NCBI GenBank assembly: GCA_964016885.1
Contig: OZ024741.1
Coordinates: forward strand, 345,526,001 to 345,590,000
Direction: 5' to 3'
DNA length: 64,000 nt
Origin: Eledone cirrhosa
Taxonomy: Eukaryota
This document shows, piece after piece, positions 53,361 through 64,000 of this stretch. Position numbers and translations under genes: made by a program. Below the pieces are notes generated by a model. The model worked only from the letters and a program-made list of their open reading frames with translations, was not told the origin of the DNA and did not search any database. How positions within the stretch are numbered: position 1 is the first letter of the stretch; every line of letters begins with the position of its first letter.

Positions 53361-55110
53361 ATTGGAGGGACTGAGGGGAGTGTGATGAAGAGGTACGGGT
53401 ACTTCACCACTGCAGTGGCAGAAGCAAGTGAGGCCCTGGTGCCGAGGAGAGAGAAGAAGAGGAAGAACGTAAGCTCTGCAGACCCAAAAGTGTGTGCAGC
53501 CAGAGAACACCTGAAAGATGCCAAAGACCAATTTCATGCTGATTCTACAGAGGAGAGGAAGAAGAATGTCGAGGTAATGAAGGAAGAACTCTGTACCGCT
53601 TACATTGAGGCCAGAGAGGAGACGCTGATAGAGAGGATCAGAAGTGTGGAGAGAGCGGTTGACAGGTCTAGAGAGGAACTTCAGAGAGCCAAGAAGAAGA
53701 CCAAGGAAGGCAAGACCCATGGAGAAAATGGAGTGGCATCAGAGGTGATGAAGAGGTGCGATTTTGATGATATCATCCTGGAGGTCTGTAACCAGGCACT
53801 GGAGAAAGGAGTTGCCCCGGATCAATGCAAGATCAGTAACATCATCCCAGTGCCAAAGGAGGGAGATCTCTCTAACACCAACAACTACAGGGGAATCTCA
53901 CTGACGTCACTTGTGGCAAATATCCTCAACAAGATGATTCTTAATAGGATCCATCCCGAGATGGAGAAGAAGCTCAGGGACAACCTGAACGGCTTCAAAG
54001 AAGGAAGATCAACTACCAGTCACATCCTGATGCTGAGAAGGATTGTAGAAGGAGCTAGAGCAAAGAGCCTTCTTGCTGTCAAAGTGTTAATTGACTTCGG
54101 GAAGGTCTTTGATTCTGTGGACCTTCACTGCCTGATGAAGATCTTACACTGCTCTACACCAACACCAGAGCCCAAGTCATTAGACCTGACGGGATGATGC
54201 AGTTCTTTAAGATACTGGCTGGAGTGCTCCAAGGCGATATATTGGCTCCCTACCTTTTCATCATCGCAGTGGACTATTGTATGCGCCTTGCACTGTAGAA
54301 ACACCAGGACACTGGGTTTACTGTTGCATTGGCTCAGAGTTAAGGCTAAAAAGATATCAAATGCTGAATTGGCTGACGACATAGTTCTGGTGACAAACAC
54401 AGTGAAGAAGGCAGAGGAGTTGATCCATGGAAGTGTCGATGAGTGTGGGGCTGAGAATGAATGAGAGTAAGACGAAGTATCTGGTAGAGAACATTAAGAA
54501 GCCAGAGAAGATTATGAATGTAGGCGAGAAGTCGCTAGAGTTGGTTGAGGATTTTCTGTATCTGGGAGCAAAGATTGGGAACACAGAATGATGTGGTTGA
54601 GAGGAAGAGCAAAGCCTAGGCGGCGTGCCACAGTTTGAGATCGGTGTGGAAGTCGGACCTTCGCAAAGACCTGAAGATCTGTCTCTTCGTTGTTACAGGG
54701 AAGTCTGTGCTGCTGTACGGGTCTGAGACTTGGACACTGACCAAAAAGACGCACTCAGATGGTGGATGAGTGCTACACGAGAATGCTGAGGATGGCTTTG
54801 AACATTAATCAGTTAACACTGAGGATGATGAACTCAGAGCTGTACGGGAGCCTCCCAAAAGTCAGCTCGAAAGTAACACACACAGGAGACTGAGGTTAGC
54901 TGGACATGTCACTGACATTCAGAGTTGACACTGCACTCAGTGGTCCTGTGGGAGCACCTATACGGACACACTAGAAGTGGGAGACCGAGGTTGACATACA
55001 TTGATGCCCTAAGGACAAACACTGATCTCTGGGAGACTCAGGACTTGGCGGCGATGATGGAGACCGCTGGAGAGAACTCGTACATGGATCTCGGGAATTT
55101 TTCCCACCCT
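53361..55110 (+). mobile_element. RTE-clade LINE, decayed
   Basis: IIPVPKEGDLS..NYRGISL, NGFKEGRST, IDFGKVFDSV, GVLQGD.LAPYLF, LADD, LLYGSETWTL, SGRPRLTYID; multiple frameshifts. Confidence 0.88.
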
Positions 55111-55119
55111 ATATATATT

Positions 55120-55335
55120 GTGAAGGCGTGTGGGTGAGTGGTTAGAGAATTGGATTCGCAATCGTGAGGTTGTGATTTCGATTCTCAGACCAGGCGATGC
55201 GTTATGTCCTTGAGCAAGACACTTTATTTCACGTTGCTCCTTCTACCTGGAGTTGCGACCGATAGATAGTATTAGCAATTGGAAAGACCAATGGAAACAT
55301 TGTTTCCTCGGTCCGATTTGACGAAAGTCGATCGT
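55120..55335 (+). mobile_element. Family-A SINE
   Basis: GAAGGCGTGTGGGTGAGTGGTTAG..TTCGATTC..GTCCTTGAGCAAGACAC. Confidence 0.82.
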
Positions 55336-55770
55336 TCCTTTATATATATATACATAGATATAAATACACACATACACATACATAAATATGTATATATATA
55401 ATTACACACACACACACACACACACGCACACATATATATATATATATAGTAAGACCTTAAGCACTTTCTGACGAATGATGTTCCCTGGTCTTGGAGATGC
55501 TTGTTACTAAGATCGATGATGGGGATTGAACCGAATCATTAGATCGGTTATAGGCATCATATTCTGGAATGTATGAAAAGACCGTATAAGTGGACTTCAG
55601 ACAATTTTGGTTTGATTCTTTCTAAGAGTGAGTACATTTATTATGTGTCATTTTATATGATGTACATAATACTAGTTGTTTCTCAAATAGATATATGAAA
55701 AGGTGTTTTTGTATAATGTTTAAATTGGTATATATTAGCGTGGAAAATGTGCGTTAAACGATGATGATGA

Positions 55771-55832
<62 letters not shown>

Positions 55833-55964
55833 GATAAATCTACCAAAATGTACGGTAGTATCCAATCCGTATGAAGAACTCAATGTAATCCAAATATCAT
55901 GAAAAGAGAAGATGTATTCAAACATTTCTTTTCCGATGAAAAATACAGGAAAACAGAGTCAAGA

Positions 55965-57342
55965 TAAATTAATAAAAATAATGAATAAAAACAAAGAAAC
56001 AGTTCCTTATATTAAAAAATTCATCATTTTACGATCGTTTCTAGGATATATATGTTTGTGTTGGTATGTATATCATATAGATCTATGTAAAATTTTTACA
56101 AACTATCAGGAACTTTTTGAAATAATGAAATCTAAGGATATCCTATTAAATAAACAACAGGAATTAATTATATCATGTAATCATAAACTGAGAAGAACTT
56201 TTAAATATTATAAACCTAATTAATATACACTTTAGAAATTATTATAATAACACTTTTTTTAAAATTAGTTAACCTATAATTAATATTCTACTACTAATGA
56301 ACTACATAATTTTATTTCCCTTTTACAGCAATCTTTTCCTAAAATTTATACCAATAAGTATACATATAAACTATTTTAATTTCAGGTTATGATTCTATGT
56401 TCCTTATAATCTATATAAATTTGTTATTTCTCACTAATAAATTCCCCCCCCCCCCAATAATAATGATTATTATCTTTTTATTTTCCCTTCGTTTTTAACA
56501 GCACTCTTCAATTACATCTAACTCTTATTTATCATATCTATATGAATTAATATAAATTTATCAATATAAATTTACCTATCAATTTAATTAATTTATTTTC
56601 TTTTTATAAATGTAAATTCCCTATATTTTAAATAAGATTGATATTTTTCACTAACACATTTATCGTAAAATTTTATTCTCCTTAGATATTTACATTAGCA
56701 TTATTCTTTTATAACATCAATTCTTCGTGTACCTTTTACCGACTTGACCTATTTTCATCCCTAAAATAATCTTTTCATTCATCATACTCTTTCCATTCAA
56801 AACTGAAATCTGTTTTCCTCTACCCCTAAATTAAAGTTCTATTACTACTATTCTACCATCTTGACCACTTACACCTTTCTATTGGTCAATTCAAAACCTG
56901 TTCCCAAACAGACCTATTATATTAAATCTTTGTTGTTTTTTTTCAATAAATAAATATCATTATTTCTGAAGAGCGGTGGATTGGCAGTATCGGTAGAGAG
57001 TCGGACGCCATGCTTTCCAGCATAGTTACGTCCCTTTACGATCTGAGTTCAAATCCCGCCGAGGTTGACTTTGCCTTTCATCCTTACGGGGTCGATAAAA
57101 TAAAGTACCAGTAATGCACTGGGTAATTGCTGGCCTTGTGCCTAAAGTAGAAACAATTATTTCTGAAGACAGCATATATATATGTAGGTATGTATATTCC
57201 CTCTGATAGTTTGTAAAAATTTTACATAGATCTATATGATATACATACCAACACAAACATATATATCCTAGAAACGATCGTAAAATGATGAATTTTTTAA
57301 TATAAGGAACTGTTTCTTTGTTTTTATTCATTATATTTATTA

Positions 57343-57347
<5 letters not shown>
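55965..57347. mobile_element. Decayed Naiad-like PLE remnant between ~145-bp inverted repeats
   Basis: 55965-56110 is the reverse complement of ~57203-57347; ELFEIMKSKDILLNKQQELIISCNHK resembles the endonuclease tail EAYYI..INDRTEVTISCQHR of the 46.3-kb element; family-B SINE at 56971-57160. Confidence 0.55.
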
Positions 57348-57408
<61 letters not shown>

Positions 57409-58131
57409 TATTAAAATAACAGATTAAAGTTTAAGCAAAGAATCGCTGCTTTCACCCTTAACGGGATCTTCTGAAACTAACAAAGTCAATCTGTAAACGC
57501 AGAAGTGGATATTTAAAAAAACATTGCAACCGGAGGAAGACAGGAAGACGATACTTTGGTTCGTGGAAACGTTCCCTGGCAAAGAACGGGAAAAAACGAA
57601 TATAATACGTCATCGAGCCCTCTTTGGATTTTAGTCTTCAAATTTATTATTATTACTATATATATATATATATATATATGTTTGAATTATGTGCTTCTCA
57701 ATAAATTAGCTCAAAAGACAATATACAAAGCAATATTAAGTCAAAACTACTTTTGACTATATATACATATATATATATATATATGGAATAACAAATTATC
57801 GTTATAGGTAAACCAGTTAGAGATTGTGAGTATTCTGTATTGTGGATAGTTTTAACGTACGGCGTTGTTTGACTCAAGGCGTTGTTTCACTAAGGTTTCC
57901 TTAGTTAGGTGGCGAGTTCCCGGGAATTCCTATGCAGGTTAATCTTTCACTATATATTCTTTTACCTGTTCCAGCCATCCGGCCGAGGCCTTGCTGGGGC
58001 ACGGCCCATAGAATGGCAAGGCAACGTAAAGGGTGGAATATGTATATATACATATATATACATATATATATATATACATATATATACATATATATATGTA
58101 TAAATATATATATACATATACATATATATAT

Positions 58132-58285
<154 letters not shown>

Positions 58286-58531
58286 TCCACCCTTTACGTT
58301 GCCTTACCATTCTTTTTTGTTTACATGTCTCTCTTTCTCCACCCAATTCTTTTTATCCCAATAACTTTATTTAGTTATTGCTCGCGCTGGCCTGAGGTAT
58401 ATGATATTTAATGCGAAGAAATACCTATGATGGCGAGCGAGAAGATCACTGATGATGGATAGTCCTGGCTTCTTACTCTATTTTTTTAAATTCATATGTA
58501 TCACAGCCGCAACAACGCAGCACGCCATTTT

Positions 58532-58630
<99 letters not shown>

Positions 58631-59035
58631 CACGATAAATTAACGGAGCCATAGACTCTCGTTATTCCCTGTCAATAATGTGCTCAAAAGAAAAGGAATC
58701 CTGAGCTCTTTAAAATACAATATGTTGAAAAGGTAACACACTAAAGAGAGATAGTGTGCCATCAATAAAACAGTGAAAACCATCAGTGTATGGAATCTAT
58801 ACTCTATGGAAGGCAGGGTAGACACACAATAATTAAAAATATAAATTAAAATGTATATACGCACCTCTATAACTATATAACACCCGAGTACAAATCCAAA
58901 GAGATCTGTTTCGCCAGGAGGTAGTATATATATATATATATAGTCAAAAGTACTTTTGACTTTATATTGCTCTGTATATTGTCTATTGAGCTAATTTGAG
59001 AAGCACATAATTCAAACATATTTAATATGTTATAT

Positions 59036-59084
<49 letters not shown>

Positions 59085-59092
59085 TATATATA

Positions 59093-59423
59093 CAGTTGTC
59101 CCCCGGTATTCGTGGGGATTACCTTCCTAGAGCACCTGCGAAGAGTTAAAAACCGCGAATATTGGACGTAGTCCATAGAAATGCCTATAAACGTCAAAAC
59201 ATAACGTAAAATATAGGCCAGCAAATACAGTGTATTGTTATTAATATTTTAGCATTAAAAAGTGGGGAAAATATATATATATTGCCATGGAAAAAGCCAT
59301 AAAAAAATCTTGGAAGATATTTATGATTTCGTGAATATGCGGTGGTTTCTACGAACAATTATTAGTTAGGTTCTAAGGAAAATTCCGCGAAATACCGAGA
59401 CCCCGAATGCCGGTGGTACACTA
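59093..59423. mobile_element. Tigger/Tc1-mariner-type MITE
   Basis: Left CAGTTGTCCCCCGGTATTCGTGGG versus right-end reverse complement TAGTGTACCACCGGCATTCGGGG; TA on both sides. Confidence 0.65.
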
Positions 59424-59578
59424 TATATATATACATATATATATATTATGAATATAGAAAAGCCCCCACACGACCAGAAATGCTTCACCCGCGAGAAATC
59501 ACCTCTTAAAACATTTACACTCTGCTATGTATTGAGTACCTTACTTACTGTGGTTACCCCCAATTGAACCCGGAATAA

Positions 59579-59641
<63 letters not shown>

Positions 59642-59873
59642 AGCGAAAAAGTGTGGTAAGAAACCAAGTGTACCATAACGCACCAGAGTACTCGATACTT
59701 AGGGTAGTAGAGTTGGAAATAGGAAAAGGTCAGGACCCCGACGGCTGAGCTCGGGCAATTTCGTCCAAGCTAAGCCAGCAATATTGAATACTGATGGCTT
59801 AGTTCGGATCTAGCTGTTGAAACGGCAGGAGCTCAGCCGTCGGGGTCCTGGCTCTTTTCCTACACACACACAC

Positions 59874-59963
<90 letters not shown>

Positions 59964-60984
59964 ATGTGTGTGTGTGTGATATATATGTGTGTGTGTGGGA
60001 GTATACATTCAAGTACACATTCATACATACAAATGCTGAACCAGCTTTTGCGTTAACTACTATTACTACTACTACTACTACCACTACTACTTACTACGTT
60101 GTTGTGGTGGTGGGCTTAATTCCAACTGTAAGACGTTTGGATGTTTCGACACACGATATATATCATAATATGACGACAGGAGCTTTATGCGGAAATCTTT
60201 TGAACATTTCATTTTGAACTGACATGCAATAATATTTCTTAACTATATGGCTCTATCATTCACCACCTCAACACTCCACATCAAACACCGAAACAAAGAA
60301 CACAATATGAGTATTGTGTTGTGATAGTATGAATGTATGCATGACCGCATAACATCTTGTGGAGTCGTAAAGGCGCCGTAAGAAAGCCGATCTCCTCTCG
60401 AGGATAGTGGGTGAAGAAGTGAAGTGAGAAGGAAATATAGAAGAAAGATAGACCCCAGTACTGGACTGGTACCTTTTTCATCGACTTTGAAATAAATAAT
60501 GTCAGTCTTCTGGTAAGATGATTGAACAAGGAAACCACTTTCTCAACGGGTTTTAGTTCAATGTTAATACAAGGACTGACTATTGCTGACGCCACGTGGG
60601 GATCGGCAAGGGAGGAAGCCCCTATATCAGGCGAATAAATTCAGTTGTGTATATTTTTGCAAGAATGCAAAAACATCACAAATCGAATAGAGTTCTCAAC
60701 AGAAGGGTTAAAATTAACATAAGCTATTCATCAGTCAATAGAATCAACTAAAAAATCAAGAAAATTAACTGGTCAATAGCTAGAGTCTGGAGATAAATAC
60801 AAACATAAATTATCGAGATTCGCATTTCGGCCCACGAAATAACGAAAAACAACCTCCGAGATGTGAGGCAAGTGCTCAATGATTCAGATGAACCAGAGCT
60901 ATAACAAACGTTAAAGGCCAAACACACTGAGACGATGGTTAAACAATCATTCGCATAGCCAAAAAAAAACGATCAAGTAATTCG

Positions 60985-61028
<44 letters not shown>

Positions 61029-61029
61029 A

Positions 61030-61390
61030 AAAGAAGAGATGAAATCGAAAATGCAACTGAAGTCTTATTTAAAAAAAAAATATATATATTTATTTGGTTC
61101 CTTTACCGGTTTCGCAGTTCTTCTGCTTTTCAAAAGGTGAGTTGAGATGGAGGGTCTGTGGTTTTTCTCACAGATGTGAGAAAAACCACAGACCCTCCAT
61201 CTCAACTCACCTTTTGAAAAGCAGAAGAACTGCGAAACCGGTAAAGGAACCAAATAAATATATATATATTAAAAAAAAATAAAACTTCAGTTGCATTTTC
61301 GATTTCATCTCTTTTTCTTTATACTTTCACTCGTGTAGGACACCGGTTATTTTTCATTTTATAAAAAAAAAAAAAAAAAAAAAACCTGAC

Positions 61391-61398
<8 letters not shown>
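61030..61398. mobile_element. Fold-back palindromic element with hammerhead motifs, copy 1
   Basis: Centre CTCACA-GA-TGTGAG (loop 61173-61174); arms ~140 bp; longer right tail; within (TA)n. Confidence 0.85.
61210..61247 (+). ncRNA. Minimal type I hammerhead candidate, U3-A8 core variant (also 61100-61137 minus, 62571-62608 minus, 62687-62724 plus)
   Basis: CCTT-TTGAAAA-GCAG-AAGAA-CTGC-GAAA-CCGG-TA-AAGG: 4-bp stem I, 4-bp stem II, palindromic loop III, GUA triplet. Confidence 0.65.
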
Positions 61399-61452
<54 letters not shown>

Positions 61453-61561
61453 ATATATATATATGTGTGTATGTATGTATGTACGTTTGTGTGTGTGTGT
61501 ATATATCTATGTGTGTATGTATGTATGTACGTTTGTATGTTTGTATATATATATACATATA

Positions 61562-62242
<681 letters not shown>

Positions 62243-62243
62243 G

Positions 62244-62275
<32 letters not shown>

Positions 62276-62402
62276 TATATATAAATAATATATATATGGA
62301 TATCTCTGTACACACATATATATATATTATGAACAGGTAGATATTTAAATTATTTTTTAATTTATTTAAAGGATTGTTTAATGTTTGTTTGTTCTGCTCA
62401 TA

Positions 62403-62432
<30 letters not shown>

Positions 62433-62440
<8 letters not shown>

Positions 62441-62790
62441 GTGAGGTTTTTTTTACAAAATGAAAAATAACCGAGGTGTCCTACACGAGTGAAAGTATAA
62501 AGAAAAAGGGATGAAATCGAAAATGCAACTGGAGTCTTATTTTAAAAAAAATATATATATTTATTTGGTTCCTTTACCGGTTTCGCAGTTCTTCTGCTTT
62601 TCAAAAGGTGAGTTGAGATGGAGTTGAGATGGAGGGTCTGTGGTTTTTCTCAGTGAGAAAAACCACAGACCCTCCATCTCAACTCACCTTTTGAAAAGCA
62701 GAAGAACTGCGAAACCGGTAAAGGAACCAAATAAATATATACATTTAAAAAAAAAATAAGACTCCAGTTGCATTTTCGATTTCATCCCTT
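62433..62790. mobile_element. Fold-back palindromic element with hammerhead motifs, copy 2 (opposite orientation)
   Basis: Centre CTCA-G-TGAG (62653); longer left tail matches the reverse complement of 61310-61398; 10-bp tandem duplication in the left arm. Confidence 0.85.
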
Positions 62791-64000
62791 CAGTGTACAG
62801 CTATTACCATCATGGGATTAACTGATCTACTTGCCATTCGGATTTTGGCTGCTCTGCGCCTTATCTACCGTCACCTGATACCACTTCCTTGTCGGGATGA
62901 TTCCGATTCCGACAAAACTCTACGTATTATACTAAAGCTTGTATTGTATTGACTGTATTCTCTACTGTATACCTCAGGACTTTTTGTGACTCGCACTGAA
63001 TTCGGAACCAGAACTTTACACTAGGTACAATCTGTTACCATTCCATCTCCTCCATCCTCTATATCTGTATCTATATGTACAACTTATATTATCTTACCAC
63101 AACTTGATCTATATTGACTCTTATTTACCTTTATTAATTTTTTTACTATCTCATTAATGTATATTTTATTATTTTATTATTTTCTATTATTTTATTAATG
63201 TATTTTTATCAATGTATTGGTATTTTTTTGTATTATTTTTGTAACTTTTGCACCTTCATAGCCCCCTACCCACCCAAGAACCACACTACCTATAACCCGG
63301 ACTAACTGTGACTTTAAAATAATTTAAAATAATTTTGATCTATTTGCACTTTTCATTGTTTGACTTGTGTGGTGGCTTTTTCCCGGCTGCGCGCTGGGCA
63401 CTCGGAAAGTTCAGCCTTCCTTGAGTGCTCGGAAAAATAAATTTCTTCTCTTTCGGTAAATGAAATTACTCGGAGTGGCTTGCTCTGCCCCAGTCCCACC
63501 GCGCCGCCTGTTTTGGCCGCCCAATTATACCTGTACCTACAAACTCCAGGTTTGGGCACAACTATTAGCTGTATCATGCCTCTATTGACACGTAAATAAA
63601 CCCCTAATGTGTGATTTAATAGTATTCGTGGTATAGACGATGACCTGCCGAAATTGTGGGGTTCCCGCTAGCGATCCCGGGGTCAAAGTTAGCTACGTCC
63701 CTAGAGTACTCGAAAAAATTAATTTCCATTTCTTTCGCTGGACGATACCACTCGAGACTGGCTGACTCATGGTGGTGGGTGTGCTGGCTGGGACTCCCAA
63801 TCGAAATTTTTACTCTATATCCCATCCTAATATCTTATCGAGTTAAATAAAAAAATTTTTTTCATATAAGACTCTCTCCGTAAGTTCGTTAAATAAATAA
63901 ATCTCGCTACCTCTATTTTTCAATTTACCATTTTGCAATATAATATTTTTAATTTAATTTATTTCATCCTATAACTCGCAACATAAGTTTAGCGTTCCAA

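Noticed and set aside
55925-55965. Hammerhead-like CCGATGA...GAAAACAGAGTC (similar partial motifs near 51070-51110 and 57885-57910)
   Set aside because: Core mutated or stem II/stem I cannot form.

Overview
AT-rich, repeat-dominated animal genomic DNA with no host protein-coding gene that I can support. The very high (TA)n/(CA)n/(CATA)n/(TATC)n density and the tRNA-derived SINE families suggest a cephalopod (Octopus-like) genome; this is inference. Nearly all listed ORFs are microsatellite translation artefacts or retroelement remnants. Retroelements: a young Penelope-like element (PLE; RT+GIY-YIG, Naiad-like) arranged as a 2.26-kb inverted duplication (40.6-47.0 kb), a second inverted PLE, an R4/Dong-like RLE LINE inside a (CATA)n satellite, four L1/Tx1-like copies each bounded by (TATC)n, RTE and CRE fragments, three RTE-derived bipartite non-autonomous elements and about 20 SINEs. 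DNA elements: a non-autonomous Helitron, a hAT element with an exact 8-bp TSD, and Tigger/pogo remnants. There is also a ~750-bp x3.5 tandem array. Most interesting signals: (i) fold-back palindromic elements in (TA)n carrying minimal hammerhead-ribozyme motifs with a compensatory U3-A8 core; (ii) a PLE hammerhead whose stem II carries a 78-nt structured insert; (iii) a structured motif with compensatory base changes shared by the tandem array and a distant diverged copy; (iv) apparent pairing of retroelement families with particular microsatellites. All calls come from reading by eye, and element boundaries are approximate unless stated as exact.
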